Shown: positions 17,057 to 27,612, counted from the first letter of the stretch. The stretch is DNA of 64,000 nucleotides from an uncultured Gammaproteobacteria bacterium (GCA_964650355.1 CAZYTL010000008.1:89-64088), one strand, 5' to 3'. Numbers and translations: made by a program. The notes: generated from the sequence alone by a model not told the origin.

Positions 17057-19340
17057 ATAAACCTCCTATCGCCAATGATACCACTAGTTGCCAAAGATAA
17101 ACTTTCAAAGGCAGGGGCAGAGTGAATTGCTGACCGGCCAGTTTAAGTTTGATGGCTTGACGGTTAAATGCCAATAGGGAAGGCCGGAAGCGGAACTGAT
17201 AATCATAACTGCCATAAGGAGGAATCAAAGGCAAGTATGAATCTGACAGGGACATGAGCGTCAGGGTGTTATCCAGAGAAAAATTAGCCTGGAGATTACT
17301 AGCAGAGGTAGGGCCTAAATTTTTAATGGTCACTCTACCCGACCACCAGGAAAACGGCCACCAGGGATAATCCGCTTTCAGCCGGAGATTTAATTCCGGA
17401 GGATCCTCGGGAAATTGCTGTCCCAGGGTCACGACCACGTCTTTTTGCGGATGAGAGGCGGGTTTGTAATAGCCGGCGGGCAAGGGCCCGGAACTGTCTA
17501 AACCATTGAGAGCCATGGTCAAGTGGTTGTAATCCCAGTGATGAAAGTAGTCACTGCCTCCGGTGGTGACCTCCCAGGTGGGATCGACCGGTTTCCAGAC
17601 CTGCAGGTGATCATCCCAATATTCCGGCCAGGCGTGCAGCACGTCAGCCACCAGGGACAGAGGTTGTAATTCAGGGCTGTCTGAATGGGCATAGCCAATG
17701 GCTTGCCGGGCAGGAATACCGGCCGCCCGGGACAAAGCAATAAACAGATCCGTAAATTCCATACAAATTGCCTCTTGCGGCTGATTAAGAGCCTGAAGAG
17801 CCCCCAAGCGATTGGTTTCATTGGTCAGACGCTGGTAATCGTATTGCAGATGGGTAGTCACATAACCGTAAATGGATTCAGGATTGGACAAAGAGATGGC
17901 CAATTCGCTGATCTTTGGCTGGTTCACCTCCCAATATTTCTGTGATGTCAGCCAAGGTTCGCGTTGCGGCAAGGCGGCGATGCGCCAGGGTTGGGCAAAT
18001 ACCATGGCTGATCCACTGACCTGAATTTCAGAGGTTTGTCCGGCCGTGAGCTGATAACTGGCTAACCAGTTTCCGTCCGGATCAACTGTCACTTGGTCCG
18101 GTAAAGGCGCGATTTTTGAAATGGCGATTCTTTGATAGCTGGTATCAGGAGGCAAGGTGATGGTTTGTTGAGATGAATGTTGCGATTCACCGTTCAAGGT
18201 GTAGGAGAGTTGAAAATCATAAAGTTGAAAATCGCCAAACACCGCCCTCAAGCCCCCTGTCTGCAGTTCGTCCGGGGAAAAAGTGAATTTCTGCCATTCA
18301 GGCAGATTTTCCCTGGAATCGGGTGGGGGAATCAGGTATGCCAACCTGCCCAGACTGTTTTTGACCAATAGTTGGATATGGGTTTGTCTGGCCGAGGGAT
18401 TAGGGGCCATTTTGGGGAGTTTGAGTTCTCTGATTTGGCCCTGATCAACGACAGCCTGGTGAAGATCATAAAAGACCTGAAACCGGGTGGTTTGTCCTTT
18501 ACCCAAAGCCAAAGGGGGATGGTCCGGATCCTGCTGGGTGGGAAAATATACGATCAATTTGATAATAGGTTGATTTAAGGACTGGGATTCAGTGGACTGC
18601 CATTTTAAGGGATGGTTCAACTCATCCTGAGCAAAGATGTTCGTGATTTTTTCTCCGGTCAGAAGAAGAGTATAGCTGTGGGGAAAATTCTCAGTGGTCA
18701 GATTTTCGATGCTGATATCTTCTTTAACTCCGACCACCAGATCTTCGTTTAAGGTATAAGTGACATCCCGATCCACGGCAAAGTCGGCAGCACGGACAAG
18801 TGGCGGTTGCCACAGAAAAATACAGAAACATAGGGAAAAAATAGCTACTAGCCATTTATGGCCGATTTCGTCAAACCTTCTGGTAAATTTGATCGCATGT
18901 TTTTGCATATAGGCAGCAGAAATATTATTAATAAAATGAATCCCTATCCCTAACCAAATTGTTTGCGTCTGATAAGCCACAACTGCCATCAAGGGTCCAA
19001 AGAAAAATGTGGAGTACAAAATTTGTTTAATTAATTCTATTCTGTCTAATAAGAAAATATTTTTAAGATGCCAGAGACCAAAAAATAAAGATGAGATGAT
19101 TAAGGAAAAGGTGAAAGAAAAATTGTGGATAAAGAAGGCAAATATAAGGCCTCGAAAAATAATTTCCTCGTAAACAGGAGCAAATAAATACATGACGTAA
19201 ATACTGATGTTGTGTTTTTGAAAGTATTTTGTTTTCGATAATAACCTTAGGTGCGCATTTAAGGCAAACAGGAATATAATTATGCCAATTTGAATACTGG
19301 GAGTTAAGAAGCCAATGCGTATTAATTGAAAGTAGCTCAT
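16989..19340 (-). CDS. CPBP (CAAX-protease-like) intramembrane protease fused to a transglutaminase-like domain
   Basis: The N-terminal EEIIFRG motif and FGLWH are CPBP signatures. The C-terminal CMEFTDLFIALSRAAGIPAR is a transglutaminase-core Cys motif. Its 3' end overlaps the uvrC start by ~68 nt. Confidence 0.65.
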   Translation of the reverse strand: MSYFQLIRIGFLTPSIQIGIIIFLFALNAHLRLLSKTKYFQKHNISIYVMYLFAPVYEEIIFRGLIFAFFIHNFSFTFSLIISSLFFGLWHLKNIFLLDRIELIKQILYSTFFFGPLMAVVAYQTQTIWLGIGIHFINNISAAYMQKHAIKFTRRFDEIGHKWLVAIFSLCFCIFLWQPPLVRAADFAVDRDVTYTLNEDLVVGVKEDISIENLTTENFPHSYTLLLTGEKITNIFAQDELNHPLKWQSTESQSLNQPIIKLIVYFPTQQDPDHPPLALGKGQTTRFQVFYDLHQAVVDQGQIRELKLPKMAPNPSARQTHIQLLVKNSLGRLAYLIPPPDSRENLPEWQKFTFSPDELQTGGLRAVFGDFQLYDFQLSYTLNGESQHSSQQTITLPPDTSYQRIAISKIAPLPDQVTVDPDGNWLASYQLTAGQTSEIQVSGSAMVFAQPWRIAALPQREPWLTSQKYWEVNQPKISELAISLSNPESIYGYVTTHLQYDYQRLTNETNRLGALQALNQPQEAICMEFTDLFIALSRAAGIPARQAIGYAHSDSPELQPLSLVADVLHAWPEYWDDHLQVWKPVDPTWEVTTGGSDYFHHWDYNHLTMALNGLDSSGPLPAGYYKPASHPQKDVVVTLGQQFPEDPPELNLRLKADYPWWPFSWWSGRVTIKNLGPTSASNLQANFSLDNTLTLMSLSDSYLPLIPPYGSYDYQFRFRPSLLAFNRQAIKLKLAGQQFTLPLPLKVYLWQLVVSLAIGGLCVIITLTSIKIAQKLRRVPVQK

Positions 19341-19345
19341 GATAA

Positions 19346-22300
19346 CTACATTCTACCTTGCCTTGCTTTCTTCAGCCATTCGCCGGTATAAGACCCTTTG
19401 AATTTGGCTAACTCTTCCGGGACCCCGGTGAAAACTACTTCTCCACCCTTTTCGCCTCCTTCCGGACCTAAATCTATTACCCAATCCGCGGACCGGATAA
19501 CGTCCAAGTGGTGCTCTATCACGATCACGGTGTTGCCTTTGTCAACTAAGGCCCGCAGGACCATGAGCAGTTTTTCCAGGTCGGCAAAATGCAAGCCAGT
19601 GGTAGGCTCGTCTAAAATGTACACGGTTTTGCCTGTAGATCGCTTGGATAGTTCAGTGGCCAATTTGACGCGTTGAGCTTCTCCTCCGGACAGGGTGGGG
19701 GCTGACTGGCCTAATTCGATGTAGCCCAAACCCACCTGACGGATGGTGTCCAGTTTTAACCTGATGGGAGGAATGTTGTGAAAAAATTCCCAGGCTTCAT
19801 CCACGGTCATTTTTAATACTTGGGCAATGTTTTTGCCCTTAAATTCCACCTCCAAAGTTTCATCGTTGTAACGCCGGCCTTGGCAGACTTCACAGGTAAC
19901 ATACAGGTCGGAAAGAAACTGCATTTCTATCTTGGTTTGTCCCCCGCCTTCGCAGACTTCGCAGCGCCCGCCTTTGACGTTGAAAGAGAAGCGTCCGGGT
20001 TTATAACCCCGGATGCGGGCTTCTGCGGTTTGGGCAAATAATTCTCTGATAGGGGTAAACACGCTGGTATAGGTAGCCGGATTGCTTCTGGGAGTGCGAC
20101 CAATCGGCGACTGGTCCACCAGAATTACCTTGTCGATCCGCAGATAGCCGGCCAGATCCTCAAATTTTCCGGGTTTTTCTTTGTGGCCGGGATGAAGTTT
20201 CTCTGCCAAGGCATGATAGAGAGTTTCCACGATCAAAGTTGATTTGCCTGACCCACTGACTCCGGTGACCACGATAAACTTACCGAGAGGAAAATCAACA
20301 TTGATGTGTTTCAAATTGAATTCGCTGGCGCCATTAAGCGACAGGTGGTGCGGAGAGGAGTCGGAGTCAGAATTTTGGTGATGATGATTAGAGGCCGGTT
20401 GATGAGCAGCTAACTCATGCTGGTCAGCCGAAGGGGAGGAATTTGTTCTTCCGTTTATTTGGATTTTTTTCTTTCCGGCCAAATATTTGCCGGTGAGTGA
20501 ATGAGGTGCGGTCTTGATCTGCTCTACTGTGCCTTCGGCCACGACTGCGCCACCGTGTTTACCTGCTCCGGGTCCAAAATCAATCACCCAATCTGCTGCT
20601 TCAATGGTGGTTTGGTCATGTTCGACCACAATCACGGTGTTACCCAGATCACGCAAATAATCCAGGCTGTCGATGAGTCTTTGATTGTCTCTGGCATGCA
20701 AGCCAATCGAAGGTTCGTCAAGGACATACAAAACTCCGGACAAGCCGGAACCGATTTGAGAGGCCAGGCGGATGCGCTGGGCTTCACCTCCGGCTAAAGT
20801 AGTAGCGGTGCGGTCCAGGGTCAGATAATCCAGACCCACGGAAACCAAGAATCTGAGCCGGGCTTTGACTTCGCGCAGAATAGGGGTGGCAATGGTTAGT
20901 TCGCGTTCCGACAGGAGAGAATTTCCTTCCTGTTCGGGAAAGTTATTTTTATCTGACTTTTCCAGCGGTTTATCATCCGCAGAGTTTTTGGAAACAGTTG
21001 ACTTTTCGTCTGGGGATAAACTTTCCGCCCAGGCCAGGGTCTTATCAATGGGCCAACTGGTCACCTGAGCAATATTTTGACCTTTGATGGTCACAGACAA
21101 AGATTCGGGCTTCAATCTGGTGCCCTGACATTCACTGCAGACTTCTTTGCGCATGTATTTTTCAATTTCTCCCCGCACCCACTCGGATTCTGTTTCCTGA
21201 TAGCGGCGTTGCAATTCAGGAATGATGCCAATGAATTTTTCGTGGATGGCAGTTAATTTACCTTGCTTGTTCTCGCCGGAAACCGCATATACCCGATTGC
21301 CGGTGCCATAGAGAAGTTTCTGCAAATGATCAGCAGGCAAATCTTTGATGGCTGTCCGCAGGTTAATCTGGTTTTCTTGAGCCATGGTGGACACCAGCCT
21401 GGACCACCAGGTGTCATGCTCAAACATGTTCATGAAAGGCAAAATTCCGCCTTCGGTGACCGACAAGTTGGGCTTGAGAATTAAATGCTCGTCAATTTTC
21501 AGCACCATACCCAAGCCGGTACAGCCCGGACAGGCGCCGTGAGGCGAGTTAAAGGAAAAACTCCGGGGTTCTATAGGAGGCAGGGAGATGTTGTCAACCG
21601 GGCAGGCAAATTGTTCGGAAAAAAGATGGTCCTTAACCTGCTGAGGCTTTTCAGGGATTTCAAATCCGGGGTCTAGAATTTCACCCAGAATCAACTGGCC
21701 GTCAGCCACCCGCAGAGCCTGCTCGACGTCGTTGTTAATCCGCGATTTCAGATTGGCCCAGGCAACTTCATCTTTGAGTTGTGACTTTTCCCAACTCAGA
21801 CGATCCACCACCACGTCTATCTGATGTTTGTTAGTTTTGATTAAGGCAATATCCTCATCCAGTTTAATCATCCTGCCGTCAACCCTGACTCTGATAAATC
21901 CTTGTTTGCGCAAATTTTCAAATAAAGTCACAAACGTGCCCTTACGATCTCTGACCACCGGCCCCAGGATCAATAACCGCACCACGGGTTGTTTCTCCAG
22001 TCGCTCTTTAATTAATTGAAGAGCTTGGTTGGTGATTTGCTGGGCAGATTGAGAGGCAATTTCCTGACCGCAAATGGGACAGTGAGGATGGCCGACCCGG
22101 GCAAAGAGCAAGCGGAGATAATCATAAATTTCCGTAACCGTGCCTACTGTAGATCGGGGATTGTGACTGGTGGATTTTTGATCAATGGAAATGGCCGGGG
22201 ACAGACCGTCAATCTGATCCACGTCCGGCTTGTTCATTACGCCCAAAAACTGGCGGGCGTAGCTGGAAAGCGATTCCACATAGCGCCGTTGGCCTTCGGC

Positions 22301-22450
22301 GTAAATGGTGTCAAAAGCCAGAGAAGATTTGCCGCTCCCGGACAAGCCGGTGAACACTACCAGCTTGTTTTTGGGAATATCTACATTGATGTCTTTGAGG
22401 TTATGTTCTCGGGCTCCACGCACCCGAATAAAATCCGAAGTGTTTTGCAT
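19346..22450 (-). CDS. uvrA: excinuclease ABC subunit A
   Basis: IRVRGAREHNLK, two GLSGSGKS Walker A motifs, and LSGGEAQR signatures. The start is likely the second ATG (MQNTSDFIRVRG); the longest ORF runs to 22462. Confidence 0.95.
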   Translation of the reverse strand: MQNTSDFIRVRGAREHNLKDINVDIPKNKLVVFTGLSGSGKSSLAFDTIYAEGQRRYVESLSSYARQFLGVMNKPDVDQIDGLSPAISIDQKSTSHNPRSTVGTVTEIYDYLRLLFARVGHPHCPICGQEIASQSAQQITNQALQLIKERLEKQPVVRLLILGPVVRDRKGTFVTLFENLRKQGFIRVRVDGRMIKLDEDIALIKTNKHQIDVVVDRLSWEKSQLKDEVAWANLKSRINNDVEQALRVADGQLILGEILDPGFEIPEKPQQVKDHLFSEQFACPVDNISLPPIEPRSFSFNSPHGACPGCTGLGMVLKIDEHLILKPNLSVTEGGILPFMNMFEHDTWWSRLVSTMAQENQINLRTAIKDLPADHLQKLLYGTGNRVYAVSGENKQGKLTAIHEKFIGIIPELQRRYQETESEWVRGEIEKYMRKEVCSECQGTRLKPESLSVTIKGQNIAQVTSWPIDKTLAWAESLSPDEKSTVSKNSADDKPLEKSDKNNFPEQEGNSLLSERELTIATPILREVKARLRFLVSVGLDYLTLDRTATTLAGGEAQRIRLASQIGSGLSGVLYVLDEPSIGLHARDNQRLIDSLDYLRDLGNTVIVVEHDQTTIEAADWVIDFGPGAGKHGGAVVAEGTVEQIKTAPHSLTGKYLAGKKKIQINGRTNSSPSADQHELAAHQPASNHHHQNSDSDSSPHHLSLNGASEFNLKHINVDFPLGKFIVVTGVSGSGKSTLIVETLYHALAEKLHPGHKEKPGKFEDLAGYLRIDKVILVDQSPIGRTPRSNPATYTSVFTPIRELFAQTAEARIRGYKPGRFSFNVKGGRCEVCEGGGQTKIEMQFLSDLYVTCEVCQGRRYNDETLEVEFKGKNIAQVLKMTVDEAWEFFHNIPPIRLKLDTIRQVGLGYIELGQSAPTLSGGEAQRVKLATELSKRSTGKTVYILDEPTTGLHFADLEKLLMVLRALVDKGNTVIVIEHHLDVIRSADWVIDLGPEGGEKGGEVVFTGVPEELAKFKGSYTGEWLKKARQGRM

Positions 22451-22612
22451 ACAACTTGTCATTATATATGAATGTCAATCAAAATTCACGAGCGGGTTTG
22501 CGGATAAAAAATGAAGACAAGTGGTTAGCATTCATGAGTCCACCAGGCACAAAATTACCAGATAATGCAAGATTCATGAGCAGGAGATGCGATGTCGGTT
22601 GTCGAGTTTCTA

Positions 22613-24040
22613 TCAGGAAGAGTGAGTTTTCTTGGCGACTAAAATTGCCTTCTTGACCGCTTCTTGATCTGACCAGGGTGTTTCGGTGGTGCCGAAGCAC
22701 ATGGATTTTTCATGGCCTTTGCCCAGGACGGCGATAGTATCCCCTGATCGGGAGAGTTTAATGGCTAAATTGATGGCTCGTTGACGATCTGCTTGCCTGA
22801 GGAAAACTGGTTTTCCTTGGCGCGGTAACCCCTTCCCTTGCGGGGATTTAATTTCCTTAGCGCCGGCGGTAAGGCACCCTTGGGCGATTTGGTCGATGAT
22901 CTGGTTCACGTCTTCAGTCCGTGGGTCTTCGGCTGTGAGGATAATGATGTCTGCATAGCGGGCAGCAGTTTCTCCCATTTTAGGTCTTTTTATATGGTCG
23001 CGGAGTCCTGCACTGCCGAATACTGCGATTAGTTTTTTATTCTTAGACAGTCCTGATGCCAGGTAACTCAATACTTGTGCGATGGAATCCGGGGTATGGG
23101 CAAAATCAATCACAATTTTTCTTCTCTGGTGCTCGATTATTTCCATGTGTCCGGAAATTTGCGGAAAAGACGCGAGAGCTTTTTGAATTGTTTTTACCTT
23201 GATTTCCAGAGACAAAGCCGCGCCCAAAACCGCAAGTCCGTTGTAAACATTGTATTTGGCCTGGAGATTAAGGTTGATGGGGAATGATTTTGGGTACTGA
23301 AGATATTTATCGGTCGATAATTTACACACAAAGCGGCTTCCTTTTGGAGTGCTTTTTAAACTACGGGCAGAGATCGAGGTGATCTCCCCTATTCCCGACT
23401 GGAAAACGGAAGCGTTATTTTTAATCCCGTATGCAATGATTTCCGCGTCGTAGTTGTGTCTTTTGAGATGATTAAACATGGTTTCATAAGAGTCGTCTTC
23501 CCGATTCAAAACCGCGACTTTGACTGAATTAAAGAGTTTGGCTTTAGCCTGGGTATATGCGAACATGGTCTGGTGGTAGTCCAGATGCTCAGGCTGGATA
23601 TTGGTTAACACTCCGACATCAAATCTAATTCCCCAGAGGCGATGTTGGGCTAACCCGTGGGAAGTAGATTCCAAAACCAAGTATTCGCACTGTTGACGGA
23701 CTGTTTTTTGAATTAATTTTTGTAATAACCAGGGGTCGGGCGAGGTGACATGAAACCCGGTATCGATTTTTTCCTGACCGATCAAGGCTTCCACAGTGGA
23801 AATCATGGCCACTTTTTTTCCAGCGGTTTTTAAGCAGTGGTAAATACCGGTTACGGTAGTGGTTTTACCTTTGGTACCGGTAACTCCGATGACTTTTAAT
23901 TTCCTACCAGGGAACCCGTAATAGAGGTTGGCGGCTATAGCCAAAGGCAAATGCCAGAAGGTGTTGACCCAGGAATGAGGGATCTGATCACGTAACTTGG
24001 TTATTAACGGCCAATTGCGAATTGAAGAGTATATTGACAT
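22613..24040 (-). CDS. Mur ligase family protein (MurE-like UDP-MurNAc-peptide ligase)
   Basis: GVTGTKGKTTT P-loop, DNKVTL.., and C-terminal Mur ligase domains. The ATG at 24040 abuts the gltX stop; the longest ORF starts at TTG 24079. Confidence 0.75.
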   Translation of the reverse strand: MSIYSSIRNWPLITKLRDQIPHSWVNTFWHLPLAIAANLYYGFPGRKLKVIGVTGTKGKTTTVTGIYHCLKTAGKKVAMISTVEALIGQEKIDTGFHVTSPDPWLLQKLIQKTVRQQCEYLVLESTSHGLAQHRLWGIRFDVGVLTNIQPEHLDYHQTMFAYTQAKAKLFNSVKVAVLNREDDSYETMFNHLKRHNYDAEIIAYGIKNNASVFQSGIGEITSISARSLKSTPKGSRFVCKLSTDKYLQYPKSFPINLNLQAKYNVYNGLAVLGAALSLEIKVKTIQKALASFPQISGHMEIIEHQRRKIVIDFAHTPDSIAQVLSYLASGLSKNKKLIAVFGSAGLRDHIKRPKMGETAARYADIIILTAEDPRTEDVNQIIDQIAQGCLTAGAKEIKSPQGKGLPRQGKPVFLRQADRQRAINLAIKLSRSGDTIAVLGKGHEKSMCFGTTETPWSDQEAVKKAILVAKKTHSS

Positions 24041-24041
24041 A

Positions 24042-25460
24042 TTAAGACAAGGTACTGACAGCGTTTTGCAGTCTTTCAACGGCCTTATCTTTCCCGAGAA
24101 TTACCAGACATTCGGTAATCGGCGGGGTGACAGGCTGTCCGGACACGGCCAGACGCAGATTCATGAAGAAGTGGCCGGTTTTCCAATGATGGTTTTCAAT
24201 AGTGGCCATAAATTTGTCTGTCAGATAATTCGTAGTCCAGTTCGGTTCAGTAGTCTGGCTAAGAATTTCCAGTGCAGCTTGTAAATGCTCGGAGGCTAAA
24301 TCTTTCCATCCGGAATCCTGCACTTGAATGTCTGCGAACATAAACCCTGTAAGTTCTTTAAACTCAGCTAAAGTTTTCAGACGTTCTTTAACTAACGGAG
24401 CCAAATGCAGCAGAGTCTGATGATCAGCTGTTTCCGGGGCAAAAGGAGCCAGGCGGTTAGCCAACTCTTCATCATCAAGTTGATGGATGTAATGAGAATT
24501 AAAGTAGTTAAGTTTGTCTATATCAAAGGCTGGGTTAGCGTTGTTGAGATCTTTTAAATCAAAGGCTTGGATGAATTGATCCAAGGTGAAAAACTCCTGG
24601 TCGTCGTGAGGTGACCAACCTAAGAGCATAAGAAAATTGACCATGGCTTCCGGCAGATAACCTTGATCTAAAAAGTAGCGGGCGGTCACATCTCCGTGTC
24701 TTTTGGACATCTTGCCTTTCCTGCCCGGGCTTAAGATCACGGGCAAGTGAGCAAATTCCGGCATGGACCAACCAAAAGCTTGATAGAGAAGCACTTGTTT
24801 GGGAGTAGAAGAAATCCATTCTGATCCCCGCAGGACATGAGAGATGTTCATGAGGTGGTCGTCAACGACTACGGCCAGATGGTAAGTGGGAAAGCCATCC
24901 GATTTGACTAATACGGTGTCGTCGAGATCTTTGGTGTTGATGCTGATTTCGCCCATGACCAAGTCGGTAAATTTGACATCTTGGTTGTCAGGTAGTTTTT
25001 GCCGGATAACGTGAGGAATCTGTTGGTCCAGTTTTTGTTTGGCTTCCTGATCTGTCAAGCGCAGACAGCGTCTGTCATATCTGGGAATCTCACCTCTTTG
25101 TTTTTGTTCCTTCCGCATTTGATCCAGAGTCTCCGGCGTGCAGAAGCAATAATAGGCATGCTGCTGTTCAACTAATTGATGCGCGTGTTGTTGATAGATG
25201 TCTTTTCTTTGGGATTGAATATAAGGCGAATATGGACCGCCAACCTCAGGGCCTTCATCCCATGACAAGCCGTAATCTTTAATATCTTTGAGGATACGTT
25301 CAGTGGCTCCGGGAACCAAGCGCTTTCGGTCCGTATCTTCAATGCGGAGGATAAATAGGCCCTGGTTTTTTTTAGCCCAGGCATAGTTAAAAATCACTCC
25401 TCTGATCGTGCCAATGTGTAACTCTCCAGTCGGGCTGGGGGCCATGCGAGTTCGTACCAT
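24042..25460 (-). CDS. gltX: glutamyl-tRNA synthetase
   Basis: HIGTIRGVI (HIGH) and KMSKRHG (KMSKS). Confidence 0.9.
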   Translation of the reverse strand: MVRTRMAPSPTGELHIGTIRGVIFNYAWAKKNQGLFILRIEDTDRKRLVPGATERILKDIKDYGLSWDEGPEVGGPYSPYIQSQRKDIYQQHAHQLVEQQHAYYCFCTPETLDQMRKEQKQRGEIPRYDRRCLRLTDQEAKQKLDQQIPHVIRQKLPDNQDVKFTDLVMGEISINTKDLDDTVLVKSDGFPTYHLAVVVDDHLMNISHVLRGSEWISSTPKQVLLYQAFGWSMPEFAHLPVILSPGRKGKMSKRHGDVTARYFLDQGYLPEAMVNFLMLLGWSPHDDQEFFTLDQFIQAFDLKDLNNANPAFDIDKLNYFNSHYIHQLDDEELANRLAPFAPETADHQTLLHLAPLVKERLKTLAEFKELTGFMFADIQVQDSGWKDLASEHLQAALEILSQTTEPNWTTNYLTDKFMATIENHHWKTGHFFMNLRLAVSGQPVTPPITECLVILGKDKAVERLQNAVSTLS

Positions 25461-25501
25461 GCTGTTTGCATTTTAGCACAGGCCGCTTATATACTAGAAT
25501 C

Positions 25502-26545
25502 ATGGCTTCAAGCTTAAGTTCAACTGCCTACTATTCCAGGAAAGCGATTAAGTATTTTGCCATCGGGGTGGTTGTTTATCTGATTTTGTATATTGCATAC
25601 AATATCGCTCAGCCTCTGTTGCAAAGAGAGCCACCCCCGCCCCCGATTGTGCCTCAATTCGGAGGGTTGCCCGCGCCGGAATTTCCCCAAGTCAATCAGA
25701 GCTTGAATTTCACTTACCGACTGGAAACTATAACCGGAGGGTTGCCGGTAAACTTTCCTGATCGGACCGTCGTATTTTCTAACCAGCTGCCCCCTTCAGG
25801 ATTCTTTTCTCTCACTAACGTGATCAAATCTGCCGCCAGTTACGGATTCAGAGAAGAGCCCATTCCGATTGCCCCACCGATGTATCAATGGAAAAAGGTT
25901 GATGCCTTGCCAGGATTATTGGAGATTCACACTCTAACCAAAGAAACGGATCTGATTTTTAATTGGAGATTTGATCAGGATTTGTTGATTTCGAATAAAA
26001 GGTTAACGGAACCACAGGCTTTTGGTTTTGCTGTAGGAGCTTTGAAAAAAGGCGGATTATGGAATAAAGACTTGGAAGGAGGAGACCACAAATTACTTTT
26101 TTATCGAGTGTTTAAAGACCAATTGCTTAAGGTGAGTTCCGTTTCCGAAGCTGATATGGTGCAGGTTAATTTCCGGCGGTCAAAAATAAGCGATCTGACC
26201 TCGGTGTTTCCTGACCCGGAGAGACCTCCGGTTTGGGTGATGGTCTCGAGAACAGGGAATTTATTAGAACTTCATTATCATTACTTTCCTAACAGTGAAA
26301 AGACCAGTGAATATCCTCTCCGGCCCGTTCTGAACGCCTGGCAGGATCTGGTGTCGGGAAAAGCATATATCGCCAGAATGGGGGATAATATTCCCGGAGA
26401 TGAGGTGGTTATTCGCCAGGTGGAATTGTCTTACTATATTACCAGTGATTTTCAGCCTTTCACCCAAACAGTGTATGTGTTTAAGGGCGACAAGGATTTT
26501 GTGGCTTATGTGCCTGCTGTAGAAAGAGGTCAGACTTCTAAATAA
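25502..26545 (+). CDS. hypothetical membrane-anchored protein
   Basis: N-terminal TM helix and a Pro-rich linker (PPPPPIVP). The ATG at 25502 is preferred over TTG 25466. Confidence 0.4.
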   Translation: MASSLSSTAYYSRKAIKYFAIGVVVYLILYIAYNIAQPLLQREPPPPPIVPQFGGLPAPEFPQVNQSLNFTYRLETITGGLPVNFPDRTVVFSNQLPPSGFFSLTNVIKSAASYGFREEPIPIAPPMYQWKKVDALPGLLEIHTLTKETDLIFNWRFDQDLLISNKRLTEPQAFGFAVGALKKGGLWNKDLEGGDHKLLFYRVFKDQLLKVSSVSEADMVQVNFRRSKISDLTSVFPDPERPPVWVMVSRTGNLLELHYHYFPNSEKTSEYPLRPVLNAWQDLVSGKAYIARMGDNIPGDEVVIRQVELSYYITSDFQPFTQTVYVFKGDKDFVAYVPAVERGQTSK

Positions 26546-26557
26546 GGAGGAGTTCGA

Positions 26558-27484
26558 TCATGGTTGCCAGATAGTGTCTCGATAAACCCAATCAATTAAT
26601 TCACGAGTATCACCAAAACGATCTTCGCTGGCCAACATAGCAATGAGCACGGAATGTCCATCCCGATCGATGAGGGTAACTAAGGCTTCTTTGGCCTGTT
26701 CGGTCCACCCAGTTTTTACTCCTTTCACGCCGGGTACGGTGGTTAGTAGTTGATTGAGATTGGTAATCTCGTGGCTGGTTTGTTGGTCGACACTGGTAAT
26801 AGTTTTTTCTTTTGTGGCTACGATTTGGGCAAATATTGGCTGCCCTAAGGCGACCTTAGCCAGTTTTAACAAATCAGCAGTAGATGATAAATGCAGGGGG
26901 TCGTGCAAACCCGTGGGGTTAACAAAGTGAGTTTGCTCTAAGCCCAATTCAATGGCTTTCCGATTCATCGCATCGATAAAAGCCGGCACACCTCCTGGAT
27001 AATGGCTGGCCAACGCCCAAGCCGCGTCATTTCCGGATTGCATCAGCATACCATAAAGCAGATTTTCCACTGTCATGGTTTCGCCTGGGTAAAGTTCAAT
27101 TTTGGCTCCGAGCACCTGGTAGTTAGGCACGGTGACCACATCTGTTAACTGGTAGTTGTCCAGAGCGATGAGGGCGGTCATGATTTTAGTAGTGGAAGCA
27201 GGAGGCAAAACGTGGTGGGAGTCTTTTTGGGCCAGAACAGTGTCAGTGTTCAGATCCTGAATGATATAAGATTGAGCACTAATTTGAGGAGGGGTGGTGG
27301 TCAGCTGGGGTGTGGGTAGGGGGGTCGGGGTCAGTGTGAGGGTAGGAGTGGGCGAGAGCGTTACTTCTAAGGTTGCGGGTTGGTAATTGGCAGTGGTAGG
27401 CGGCTGTTGAAATTGGATGATGAAGGTTAAAAGCAGCACTAAACCGATTACGCTGATGATGAAGGATCTCGTCGACATAGACAC
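26558..27484 (-). CDS. D-alanyl-D-alanine carboxypeptidase (serine-type, PBP5/S11 family)
   Basis: Signal anchor, ASTTK (SxxK), SGN (MQSGNDAA) and KTGWT (KTG) motifs. Confidence 0.8.
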   Translation of the reverse strand: MSMSTRSFIISVIGLVLLLTFIIQFQQPPTTANYQPATLEVTLSPTPTLTLTPTPLPTPQLTTTPPQISAQSYIIQDLNTDTVLAQKDSHHVLPPASTTKIMTALIALDNYQLTDVVTVPNYQVLGAKIELYPGETMTVENLLYGMLMQSGNDAAWALASHYPGGVPAFIDAMNRKAIELGLEQTHFVNPTGLHDPLHLSSTADLLKLAKVALGQPIFAQIVATKEKTITSVDQQTSHEITNLNQLLTTVPGVKGVKTGWTEQAKEALVTLIDRDGHSVLIAMLASEDRFGDTRELIDWVYRDTIWQP

Positions 27485-27612
27485 CAGTAACTAGTGATTA
27501 ATAACCGTCCTTAATCCATCATAAAGTTGTTAATCTTAAAAATCAAAAGGTATCTTGATAGCGGCCCTTAATCGGGAGGTAAATTCTCAAAAGTTTATGA
27601 TATACTAGGGAC

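Noticed and set aside
22456-22656. 66-aa ORF in the uvrA/murE intergenic region
   Set aside because: It overlaps the uvrA start and the murE end. Its internal repeats are better read as DNA-level repeats in a promoter region.
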